Positions 15,346 through 23,996 of a stretch of 32,000 bases of DNA are shown here, piece after piece. The stretch is from Candidatus Paracaedimonas acanthamoebae (GTDB lineage Bacteria; Pseudomonadota; Alphaproteobacteria; Caedimonadales; Caedimonadaceae). The stretch is from NCBI GenBank assembly GCA_000743035.1, contig CP008938.1, positions 39,043 to 71,042 of the forward strand, written 5' to 3'. Below the pieces are notes generated by a model. It had not been told where the DNA came from. It saw only the letters and a program-made list of their open reading frames with translations, and did no database searches. A program made the translations under genes and the position numbers. Within the stretch, counting starts at the first letter, position 1; each line of letters begins with the position of its first letter.

Positions 15346-17256
15346 TTAACCTATACTGCCAAGCTTATTAAGAGCTATCATAGTCAACTCCTCAAATTCT
15401 ACTCTATTTGAAATATCAATGTATTTACCTATGTATGGCTTAAGCTCATAAACATTCTGCATAGCTTCCCTATAAACTTCACGAGAGCTTACTACTGATT
15501 TTATTTGTCTTTGTTGTATGAGAGCTAAAATCTTCTTTTCTAGGCACTTTAGGTATACCGCCATCAATATATTAGGCTTGCTTATAATACGATCTGCAGC
15601 CTTAATAATCGATTTTGCATTTTCATCATTCTCTGGTAAACGAAACAAAAGCCTGCCATAAGATAAATTGTCTTCACTCAAGTCTTTCAAGTCTTTTCTC
15701 TTATCTTCTGTTATTTGCATGCTCTCTTCTCTATCTTTGATTAGCTTCAATAATATATACAGTGTGTGTTGTGTTGGATCACCATGCGGCTCATGAAGCA
15801 GAAATGCTAGCTGCATATAAATCTCAAGAGGTTCGATATTTCCATTTGCATACATTTGGAGAAGTTTTTCTGGCATACTATCTATAACTTCTCGAGGAGT
15901 ATCCGGAAGGTAAGTGCCTTTGGGTTGAGATGGCATTATTGCCTTTTCAATCCACATAAAGATAGCTTGGTTGTACCAAGCAGAATAGCGTTTTTCGCTA
16001 GTATGAAATTTAAAAGCATTTTTAAATAAAGATTCAAGATTATCCCCTTCCCGTAAATTCATAAGCGCTAACATGGAATACATTTCACAAGCCTTTAGTG
16101 AACTATGCTTGGGTTCTGTTATATGCTTTATGTGCAGATCATTAAGACTTAAGAAATGTGGATTATGTTCATCTGGTAAGTAAGATCCTTCTAATTTCAG
16201 AATATGTCCTTTCAAGAAATCAAAAACCACCGTTTCTTTCCGTACGCGCAACGACAATTTTTCTAATAAGTCTATCAATTCCTTCCTTGAGCATGAAAAT
16301 TCTTCTTTTTCTTTCTGCTCGTTATACTGATTATACATCGTAACAAGCTTCAAGCTCAGGTCAATTACCCTATTATAGAAATAAATTTCAAAGGAATGAT
16401 CTGTGGGGGGGCTTTCATTTATATCATACCATTGGTCATATCCATTCTTTTTATTTAACCTATCAAAAATCAGCGCATATAATGCTGTATTTTTACATTT
16501 ATATTTAAAATCATGTTTATATTTAAAAATTTCTCGAATTGTTTCCTTAGTTGCTTCTAAAATATTCTTTTTCTCTTCTCCGTGAAACAAATCCGGATAA
16601 GCTCTTTTAGGTGAAAGTGCACCATCTATCTCATTGTAATTCCCTCCCATATACAAGATATAGTCAATTATCTCTAATGGTAATTCTAACTCAAATGCCT
16701 CAAGAATATCCTGCTTACTTGAATCTGCTCTTTCTTCCTCATGCGGGTTTTTTAATAGGCTAGGAAAATTTCTTTCTTCTATTGCTGCTATAACCTGAGA
16801 AATTTTTGGTTCATTGAAGAGCTCAACGCTAATATTATCTAGGCTCTGTAATAAGACTTTAACATTTACATCTTCAACGTCGCTAAGATCCTTTAAAAGT
16901 TCTTTACCTTCTTGAAAATATCTGGCAGCCCATCTGAAAGAATTTAAAGCTTTGATAAGATAGTAATCCTTTTCCCGCATAAAAGTAGTGTTATCGATAG
17001 CCATTAATGAAGAATTATCAGATTTTAAGCTTTCCCCATTATCTATTGCTTTCCTCTTTTTAGATTTTGGGGACCTTGTAGCAATTTCGCATGATAATGC
17101 TGAGGTTTGTTCTTGAGATGATTTAAGCTCCATCTCTGCTTCGGAAGAGCCATCTACCATTGTCTTAAAAGTCTTCTTTTCTTCTTCTTCGCTTTGAGAA
17201 GCAGGGCATAAAAAGGTTATAAAAAAAGATAAGAAAATAATATTTAAATAATGCAT
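15346..17256 (-). CDS. Hypothetical 636-aa protein with Sec-type signal peptide; no recognisable domain
   Basis: Long uninterrupted ORF. N-terminus MHYLNIIFLSFFITFLCPASQS followed by an acidic/Ser-rich stretch. Confidence 0.7.
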   Translation of the reverse strand: MHYLNIIFLSFFITFLCPASQSEEEEKKTFKTMVDGSSEAEMELKSSQEQTSALSCEIATRSPKSKKRKAIDNGESLKSDNSSLMAIDNTTFMREKDYYLIKALNSFRWAARYFQEGKELLKDLSDVEDVNVKVLLQSLDNISVELFNEPKISQVIAAIEERNFPSLLKNPHEEERADSSKQDILEAFELELPLEIIDYILYMGGNYNEIDGALSPKRAYPDLFHGEEKKNILEATKETIREIFKYKHDFKYKCKNTALYALIFDRLNKKNGYDQWYDINESPPTDHSFEIYFYNRVIDLSLKLVTMYNQYNEQKEKEEFSCSRKELIDLLEKLSLRVRKETVVFDFLKGHILKLEGSYLPDEHNPHFLSLNDLHIKHITEPKHSSLKACEMYSMLALMNLREGDNLESLFKNAFKFHTSEKRYSAWYNQAIFMWIEKAIMPSQPKGTYLPDTPREVIDSMPEKLLQMYANGNIEPLEIYMQLAFLLHEPHGDPTQHTLYILLKLIKDREESMQITEDKRKDLKDLSEDNLSYGRLLFRLPENDENAKSIIKAADRIISKPNILMAVYLKCLEKKILALIQQRQIKSVVSSREVYREAMQNVYELKPYIGKYIDISNRVEFEELTMIALNKLGSIG

Positions 17257-17368
17257 TACAAAGCCCTATGATAATTTTTAATTAAAAATAATAAATTAGC
17301 CTTATATTGATTTTGATGCAACCATGCTTATATATGTTCTTCTTACCGAGGATGATTATTTATTTAGT

Positions 17369-17613
17369 AGGCCTAATGTGTACGTCCAGTCCTTTTTGGG
17401 ACAAGATTAGTTCCTCTTATATTATTGTAGTTGTCAAATGTAGGATTCAAGCCAAGTACGCGGTGTGAGAATTATCTCCGTATTATATGATATGATGCAT
17501 AATATACGGATTTTAAAGAACTTTGAATGAATACTTCAATTATATAATCTTCTGATTTAAAATGCTTTTTTGAGATGCTATCCCAAAAAGGACTGGACGT
17601 ACACATTAGGCCT
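17369..17613. mobile_element. MITE-like element bounded by perfect 33-bp terminal inverted repeats
   Basis: aggcctaatgtgtacgtccagtcctttttggga (17369-17401) is the exact reverse complement of 17581-17613. 179-bp AT-rich interior without a credible gene. Confidence 0.55.
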
Positions 17614-17791
17614 TTAGAAAGGCTTTGAATGATTTTTGACTTACCAAAAAACAACCCCGAAAATGACCGCTTGAATTTATCGGAAAAACAAGGGGCTATA
17701 AAAGCATGGTGAAGCAAAGCCTCTCAATCATTATCGTAGGTTCTTGTGGTACCTTACGTTCCTTGTATCTCTATAAGAGATCAGTATGTGA

Positions 17792-17883
17792 AGCTAATAT
17801 ACTGATAAAGGTAGAGAGAAGTCGTTACGTACCTTGTAGCTAATATACTGATAAAGGTAGAGAGAAGTCGTTACGTTCCTTGT
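17792..17883 (+). repeat. 46-bp tandem duplication (2 units, 1 mismatch) inside the IS110 5' non-coding region
   Basis: agctaatatactgataaaggtagagagaagtcgttacgt[a/t]ccttgt at 17792-17837 and 17838-17883. The unit end ttacgttccttgt also occurs at 17753-17765. Confidence 0.9.
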
Positions 17884-18032
17884 GCCACTTGAGCACGTCA
17901 TAAAGAATTAACTCTCTCTATCTATTATTGGTTTTAAAACCGAACGGTATCTTATGACCTCAATATTGAGTGATCATGCATTTTACAAGGTTGGTTAAAA
18001 ACCATGTTTATTATACTAGATGAGGTGATTTT

Positions 18033-19007
18033 ATGCAAACCGCTCATGTTATTGGCCTTGATATATCTAAAAAGACGTTTGATGTTTGTACTATTTTTGA
18101 TGGAAAAATGAAGATTCATTCATTTTATAATAATAAAGCAGGCTATGAAGCATTCGTTTTATGGATTAAGAAATTTGATCTAATAAATCCCCATATTTGT
18201 ATGGAAGCCACAGGATCTTATTCAGAAGGTGTTGCTGAATTTTTATATAGTTTCGGTTATAAAGTCAGTATAATAAATCCGTTACAGATAAAATCCTTTA
18301 GGCTTAGTAAGATGATTCGTCAGAAAACAGATAAATCTGATTGTGAAGTCATTGCCATGTTTTGTTTGCAAAACTGTCCATCCCTATGGAATCCAAAGAG
18401 TCGAGAAAAGAAAGAATTACATGAAATCAATGCACGAATTGATGCTCTTAAAATGGAATTAAATAGGATAATCAATTTTCTCGAAAAAGAACTTTTAAAT
18501 AAAATCGTCATAAGATCAATAAAGGAAGAAATGCAATTTACTAAAGATATGATCGAAAAATTAGAACATGAAGCTTTGAATATTATCAAGAATTCACCAG
18601 TGATGAAAAAGCAATTTGATCATCTTACAGAAATAAAGGGTGTTGGCATAAAAACAGCCGTAACAATTTTAGCAGATATGCCTGATATCAACCATTTTAA
18701 GAATGCAAAACAGTATGCTGCTTTTGTGGGGGTAACCCCCTCTCATCTTCAATCCGGAACGTCTGTTAAAGGTAAATCCCACATCTCTAGACTTGGCTCC
18801 AAAAAAATTAGAAAAACTCTCTATATGGCCGCAGTTGTCATAAAAAACCACAATCCTCATTTTCAATTTCTTGTAAAACGTTTGGCCAGTAAGGGTAAAC
18901 CACCAAAGGTGATTATTGTGGCTATTATGAGAAAGTTACTACATATATTCTTTGGAATTCTTAAATATAATGAATCTTTTAATCAATATAAAGCTTTTCA
19001 ACCTTGA
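18033..19007 (+). CDS. IS110-family transposase/recombinase
   Basis: N-terminal VIGLDISKKTFDVC (DEDD RuvC-like) and C-terminal GVGIKTAVTILADMPDINHFKNAKQYAAFVGVTPSHLQSGTSVKGKSHISRLGSKKIRKTLYMAA (Transposase_20-type domain). Confidence 0.92.
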   Translation: MQTAHVIGLDISKKTFDVCTIFDGKMKIHSFYNNKAGYEAFVLWIKKFDLINPHICMEATGSYSEGVAEFLYSFGYKVSIINPLQIKSFRLSKMIRQKTDKSDCEVIAMFCLQNCPSLWNPKSREKKELHEINARIDALKMELNRIINFLEKELLNKIVIRSIKEEMQFTKDMIEKLEHEALNIIKNSPVMKKQFDHLTEIKGVGIKTAVTILADMPDINHFKNAKQYAAFVGVTPSHLQSGTSVKGKSHISRLGSKKIRKTLYMAAVVIKNHNPHFQFLVKRLASKGKPPKVIIVAIMRKLLHIFFGILKYNESFNQYKAFQP

Positions 19008-19040
19008 CTCCAAAGACGGTATCTTATGTAGATAGACCCT

Positions 19041-19196
19041 TACCTTAAGTAAAATCTACTTAAAATGAGCAATTAAGTGAATTCTACTTATGGGTTCTTT
19101 TCAATTTTTTCCGTAGTTTGATACTAATAAGGCGCATGCCTGATTAAGAAGCATTATTAAGCTTCTCTTATTTATCTTAGATTTAAGGAGGATTAC
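19041..19196 (+). promoter_or_regulatory. Leader/promoter module copy 1, with two TAAGTA-N5-TACTTA-type boxes, a conserved GC-rich box, a leader hairpin and an RBS
   Basis: Ungapped homology, about 85% (150/177 by hand count), between 19041-19217 and 23997-24173. Boxes at 19046-19062 and 19074-19090. RBS aaggagg. Confidence 0.7.
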
Positions 19197-20411
19197 ATGA
19201 AATTGAAATACTTAATGCTGCCTGTTATAACTTTTATTTATGTACACCAAGGAATGGCAAGCAATCCTTTAGAAAGTGAGCTTGAAAGAGAGGGTAATAG
19301 TGAAATTGTGGCCTATAGAACCATAAATTCCGTATTAGATGAAGAAACACTCAATTTTCAGGTTGAAACCCCTAAGTATTATTATATAAAAGCTGTCGCT
19401 CTACAAGATGAAGAACAAATGCAAGAGGCAATAGAATATTTTAAGCTAGCAGCTCACTCAGGTCATCATCGTGCTGCTTATATCTTGGCTCATTTCTATT
19501 TGGAGGGAAAATACTTAGAAAAATCTGCAGAAGAGGGAATGAAGTATCTTATTATGTCTAAAGATAGTGGAAACCTTGAAGCAAAACAGGAACTGGATTT
19601 TATTAGAAATTCAATAGATGAATTAACTGAATATTTGCCTGAATCAGGAATAATTAAAGGGTTACGTAAAGCAAGCTACGTAGCTAAAAAAGTTGAGAGT
19701 ATTACTTGGTGGCTACAATGTAGTGGTACAGGTCTTTATCACTTCTTAGACATTTTAGGATATAATAGTCAAGCAAGTTTTGTAGAAAATGGGTTACGAT
19801 ATAACCAAATGATTAATGGTGTAAGTAAGGTAGTTTATGGTGGAAGTGATTCAATCGTTTTTGGTAGACTTGAGCCACTTTTAACTAGTGGTCTTGGTGT
19901 CATTCAACTAGGAAGTATTTATCTGCAATCAGAAACCCTAAAACAACAAAAAAAATTAGAGTTAAAAGCTCAAAAATTGAAAAATTTAAAAAAAGAAAAT
20001 TCAGAAGACTATCCTTCTGAGTGGGAATCAATTTACCATGAAAAACAACAAAAGATAAAGGAAAAGAAAAAAGTATGTGATAATCAAATGATAGGTGTAA
20101 ATATTGCTGAAAATATTATGGGTACAACTCTTATAGCCTGGGCAGAAAATAAAGAAAGAAATTTTCTACAAGTTTTTCTGAATAGTGCATCAAAATGCTT
20201 TAAAGTATACGGCTATCAGATTATTTCTACAATCCTCAAGGAAACTCCAATTAAAGAAGTAGCAAAAAGAAAAGTGGGTAGCATTATTGACAATATCAGG
20301 AGTAATTTTAGTGAAGCACTTAATAGTAATTCTAATCTAGATAAAGTGTTTGATAAATTTAAAAACGAATTTTATGAGTATATTGATAGGCACGTAAGCA
20401 TGGCACCTTAA
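19197..20411 (+). CDS. Secreted/membrane Sel1-like-repeat protein
   Basis: Signal-like MKLKYLMLPVITFIYVHQGMAS. AIEYFKLAAHSGHHRAAYILAHFYLEGKYLEKSAEEGMKYLIMSKDSGNLEAK is a Sel1 (SLR) repeat pattern. Gly-rich hydrophobic central region and Lys-rich coiled coil. Confidence 0.75.
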   Translation: MKLKYLMLPVITFIYVHQGMASNPLESELEREGNSEIVAYRTINSVLDEETLNFQVETPKYYYIKAVALQDEEQMQEAIEYFKLAAHSGHHRAAYILAHFYLEGKYLEKSAEEGMKYLIMSKDSGNLEAKQELDFIRNSIDELTEYLPESGIIKGLRKASYVAKKVESITWWLQCSGTGLYHFLDILGYNSQASFVENGLRYNQMINGVSKVVYGGSDSIVFGRLEPLLTSGLGVIQLGSIYLQSETLKQQKKLELKAQKLKNLKKENSEDYPSEWESIYHEKQQKIKEKKKVCDNQMIGVNIAENIMGTTLIAWAENKERNFLQVFLNSASKCFKVYGYQIISTILKETPIKEVAKRKVGSIIDNIRSNFSEALNSNSNLDKVFDKFKNEFYEYIDRHVSMAP

Positions 20412-20427
20412 AAGGAATAGTTTAGAT

Positions 20428-20451
20428 GGCACCGTCTTATATGACGGTGCC
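20428..20451. terminator. Bidirectional hairpin terminator between convergent genes
   Basis: Perfect 9-bp GC-rich stem ggcaccgtc / gacggtgcc with a 6-nt loop, in the 96-nt gap between the stops at 20411 and 20508. Confidence 0.7.
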
Positions 20452-20507
20452 TATTAAAGAGTTGGACTAGAGGATTTTTATAAATATGGAAAGTGTTTAT
20501 CGTAAGT

Positions 20508-23500
20508 CTAATGCTTTTTAAAAAATTCAAGCTTAGCAAGTACCCTTAATAAATGAGGGGTTTTCTCTCCATAAGAAACTTTACCTAAGGAAAGGGCCTG
20601 CTGCAAGTTCTGTTCTGCTTTTTTGAGAAGAAGGCTTGATTGCAAAGGGCCTTTCCCTTGGGCTTTTTTGCGGTATAAATCTGCTAAGAGTTCATAATCC
20701 ATAAATTGCTCAGGGTGCGAACTGAGTTTAAAAATTGACAATGACCTGAACAATAAATTTTCTGAAGTTTCAAGTTGATTTTGAGCCATATAAAGGCATG
20801 CTAAAGCCCTTAATATACGGGCTGTTTCAATATGGTGAGTCCCATAGATTCTCTCATAATTCTTTAAGCTTTCTTGAAGATTCTTTTTTGCTAAATTTTG
20901 CCTTCCAGTTCCACAATATAAAATACCTAAATAATATTTGGCTAAAAAGATTGAGGAGTGTTGAGGTGGAAGATACTTTTGGCACTCTCCTAGAGCTTCT
21001 TTAAGCATAATTTCTGCTTCATGATAGCTTCCCATTTCTGTTAAAAGGTTTCCTATATGAAGAGAAAACCAAGCAATATCATCATGATTATCAGGAAGAT
21101 GTATTTGATGAAGCTTTTTCCCTTGTTGAAAGAGCTCTTGGGCTTTCTCATAATAGCCCAGTGCTTTATAAACTTTTCCGAGAAATCCTAAATTCCAACT
21201 AATCAGACGATAATGCTTTTTAAGAATCTTTTGAGTTTGTATATGGTAAGATTCTTCAAGAGAGTTTTTTGCAAGGAGGTAGTCTCCATTTTCTACATAA
21301 GCTTTGCCAAGCTTAATAAGGCTTGTTGAGATTCTTAAGTCATCCTTAGGCATATAGTTTTTTAAAAGAGCCACAGATTCTTTTAAATAATTAACACCAT
21401 CTTTATAGTGACCTAAGTATAGACTTACATCCCCTAAATGCTCAAGTGTCCAAGAAAGCCTCATATAATGGGTGGGAAACAGTGTACGATAAATCTCTAA
21501 ACCAGCTTGTACGTCACTTAAGGCAGCTTTATACTCTCCTAAACACTTTTTAACAATCCCTCTGTAGACAAGAATGTTGGCTTTCCTTAAGTCTATTTTA
21601 AGACATTCAGGCTTTATTTTTTTAGCATTTTTTAAAAGCTTGAGGCTCTTATTTAAAGTTTCAGTTGCCTTAGAATAAATGTTGAGTAAAAGGTAAAATC
21701 CTGACACCTGACACCCTAAATATCCTCTTTGCTCGTCTGTAAGCAAATTTGTGTGCTTTAAAAGGGCCTCTCCATGGTTCATTAGTTTCCTTATTTTAGC
21801 AAAATCTTCTTCGAGGACAGTGTCATAAATAAACTTCTCAAGAAACTCAGAAAGTATATATAATCTGGGGTCATTCAAAGTTAAGTTAAGCTTTTTTAAT
21901 AAATAAGCGCGCATCATTTCTTGAGTGCTGCGATGAATGGAGAATGTTGCAAGACCTTGAGATGAAGTATTATAACTAATTAAAGAATAATGGTGAAGAT
22001 CTTGGATGAAAGTATTAACCAAATCTTTGCTTTTATAACCTTCAAACAAAAATTTCGGTATTGCTTGTGAATCAATGAGTGTTAAAAGGATAAGAAAATC
22101 TTTAAAATCAGGGTGCTTTTGTAGCATTTTTTCAATAGAAAGTTTAATAATACTATAGCGGGTTTGATGATAATTTTGAGATGAGGTTAAGATCTCCTTA
22201 TGGCTTTGGGAAAGATTAGCTTCATCATGATAAAGAGCCCCAAGATATTCATTATAGCTTGCTTTTGTATTCTTTAAGTACTGAGCTGCAAGCGTGACAT
22301 CTAGAGGAAAGGGGGGGACTTGTTCTAAAAATACTTTTAAATCTTTGCGTTCTTCTAAGGTTTGCTCCTTTGAGCTGCTGTGAACCTTTGAGAATAAGTC
22401 TTCTCTTTCTTCAGGATTTAAAGCTGGGATTTGAAGGTGAGCATTAATATAAAGGCAATTTTGAATATTGCTGTTACGCGTTGTGAGGATCACTTTTCCA
22501 GGCCCCCATAAAGTAGCATCATAAGGAAAGTAATACTTAATGTCCGAGAATTGTTCAACATTGTCGTAAATTAAAATCCAATGAGGGTGTTGTTTGAGGC
22601 GATGCTTGACAAAACCTACCATTTTTTCTAAGCGTTTATAATCTTCTTTAATATCTTTTATTTGTTGGAGAAAGATTTTATCTTCTTCAGTGTGAATTAA
22701 GCTCTCAGCAAGGGTTTCAAAAGAACGAGAGAGATTTTCAGGGGTTTCTGCATTGAGTTCCCACACAAGAGATTCTTTATAAATGCGGGCATAGTGGCGA
22801 GCAAGAGTTGTTTTACCCATGCCCCCCATGCCAATAAGAGCTATAGTTTGAATTCCTTTTTGGCCTTTAAGGCTTTTATGCATATGAACCATTAAAACAG
22901 GGCGCTCTAAAAAAAAAGCAGGGGTTGGAATTGGAAGTTCTGATTGAATTTCTATCTTATGACGCTGCTTTAAAGGCCCATGGTAGAAGCCTTTAATAAA
23001 GTAAAACCCTGCTAAACTTATACCCAAAGCTCCTAGAAGAGAATAAGAAAACCCCTTAATGGATAACCAAGAGGAAAGAACAGATTTGTTTTTTCTAGAG
23101 GGTATAGTAGAAGAAAAAAAAGGGGGAGATTCAATTGATTGAGTATGAGCAATAAAGGATTCAGTTATTTTAGTGATATCTGCATGATTAGCAATCAACT
23201 TAATGATATCCAAAAATAAAGCATTTCTATTAAGGTAATGCTTGCACTCGACAGAAAGATAAGGAGAAGGAAGGATTCCTTCTTCAAGCAAATAAACACT
23301 TATTAATGAATAAGAGCTTGAAGCGCTTAAAAACTCTTTTTGTTCTTTTGTACTGAATAATCCTTTTAGAGTTTGGATGGGAAGAAAGTAAATAAGGCTT
23401 TGTATAGGCTGATTCTTTTGGAATTTAATATTTGGAAAAGGCTCATCTATTATAACAAGGGAAGTAATAAAGCCTGCTTGTTTGAGTGTTTCTTCTAAGG

Positions 23501-23933
23501 CTTTTAAGAAATAAGCCCTGTCTGAAATGTCTTCCTTCCATCCAACAATTTGAACAGCACCTTTATGAAAAGGAAGTCTTGCTATAATTTCTAAATTTTT
23601 TTCGAATTCTTTTAGCCAAGAAAGATAAAGATAAAACTTCTTAAGAGTAAAAATATGTGAAGTTTTTTCAATTAACGTGATAAGGCTCTCTTTGGAGTTA
23701 ACCTCAAGCTTTTTAAAAATATTATAAATATGAACTTCAATGGTACGAGGAGAGAGGGAGAGTAAAGCGCCAATTCCTTTGGGGGGCCTTCCATTCATAA
23801 GACAAGCAATGATTTCAATTTCTCGCCGAGTAAAGTGAACATTATGCAAAACTTGAAGTTGATGGATATAAATAAAATCTAGGATGTCTTTAAGGGAACT
23901 CTCAAAAATGTTTGAGGTTTTATTTTGCACCAA
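20508..23933 (-). CDS. STAND-class regulator: N-terminal LuxR/GerE HTH, hydrophobic segment, NB-ARC-type P-loop NTPase, C-terminal TPR array
   Basis: HTH FTRREIEIIACLMNGRPPKGIGALLSLSPRTIEVHIYNIFKKL. Hydrophobic FSYSLLGALGISLAGFYFIKGFY (aa ~295-317). Walker A IALIGMGGMGKTTLARHYA (nt ~22804-22840). ILIYDNVE Walker B-like. Multiple TPR-like YxxAxxxxxxAL repeats in the last ~400 aa. Non-ATG start (TTG 23933 or GTG 23930) behind an AAGGGAGA RBS. Confidence 0.85.
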   Translation of the reverse strand: MVQNKTSNIFESSLKDILDFIYIHQLQVLHNVHFTRREIEIIACLMNGRPPKGIGALLSLSPRTIEVHIYNIFKKLEVNSKESLITLIEKTSHIFTLKKFYLYLSWLKEFEKNLEIIARLPFHKGAVQIVGWKEDISDRAYFLKALEETLKQAGFITSLVIIDEPFPNIKFQKNQPIQSLIYFLPIQTLKGLFSTKEQKEFLSASSSYSLISVYLLEEGILPSPYLSVECKHYLNRNALFLDIIKLIANHADITKITESFIAHTQSIESPPFFSSTIPSRKNKSVLSSWLSIKGFSYSLLGALGISLAGFYFIKGFYHGPLKQRHKIEIQSELPIPTPAFFLERPVLMVHMHKSLKGQKGIQTIALIGMGGMGKTTLARHYARIYKESLVWELNAETPENLSRSFETLAESLIHTEEDKIFLQQIKDIKEDYKRLEKMVGFVKHRLKQHPHWILIYDNVEQFSDIKYYFPYDATLWGPGKVILTTRNSNIQNCLYINAHLQIPALNPEEREDLFSKVHSSSKEQTLEERKDLKVFLEQVPPFPLDVTLAAQYLKNTKASYNEYLGALYHDEANLSQSHKEILTSSQNYHQTRYSIIKLSIEKMLQKHPDFKDFLILLTLIDSQAIPKFLFEGYKSKDLVNTFIQDLHHYSLISYNTSSQGLATFSIHRSTQEMMRAYLLKKLNLTLNDPRLYILSEFLEKFIYDTVLEEDFAKIRKLMNHGEALLKHTNLLTDEQRGYLGCQVSGFYLLLNIYSKATETLNKSLKLLKNAKKIKPECLKIDLRKANILVYRGIVKKCLGEYKAALSDVQAGLEIYRTLFPTHYMRLSWTLEHLGDVSLYLGHYKDGVNYLKESVALLKNYMPKDDLRISTSLIKLGKAYVENGDYLLAKNSLEESYHIQTQKILKKHYRLISWNLGFLGKVYKALGYYEKAQELFQQGKKLHQIHLPDNHDDIAWFSLHIGNLLTEMGSYHEAEIMLKEALGECQKYLPPQHSSIFLAKYYLGILYCGTGRQNLAKKNLQESLKNYERIYGTHHIETARILRALACLYMAQNQLETSENLLFRSLSIFKLSSHPEQFMDYELLADLYRKKAQGKGPLQSSLLLKKAEQNLQQALSLGKVSYGEKTPHLLRVLAKLEFFKKH

Positions 23934-23996
23934 AAAATAGGTCTCCCTTAGCCTAAGTTTATTTGCTCAACTTTAATAAATATTTTTCTGCCTGTC

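Larger units (their letters stand above)
17749..19047 (+). mobile_element. IS110-family insertion sequence (approximate boundaries, about 1.29 kb)
   Basis: Contains the DEDD-type transposase gene with a ~280-nt 5' non-coding region. TACCTTA occurs at 17749-17755 and 19041-19047. Homology between the two leader modules starts exactly at 19041. Confidence 0.55.

Noticed and set aside
16405-16411. G7 (C7 on the coding strand) homopolymer inside the 636-aa gene as a possible phase-variation tract.
   Set aside because: Seven residues is short for slipped-strand switching. The tract encodes Pro-Pro in frame, and nothing else suggests variability.
17472-17717. 81-aa minus-strand ORF.
   Set aside because: It lies across the MITE-like element and its right inverted repeat. 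It has no RBS and an odd composition, so it is most likely a chance ORF.
17792-17883. 46-bp direct repeats considered as a CRISPR array.
   Set aside because: There are only two abutting units with no spacer between them, and no cas genes. The repeats sit inside an IS non-coding region.
18320-18866. Minus-strand ORFs 18320..18589 and 18669..18866 inside the IS110 transposase gene.
   Set aside because: They are antisense to a well-supported transposase ORF and have no motif or RBS support.
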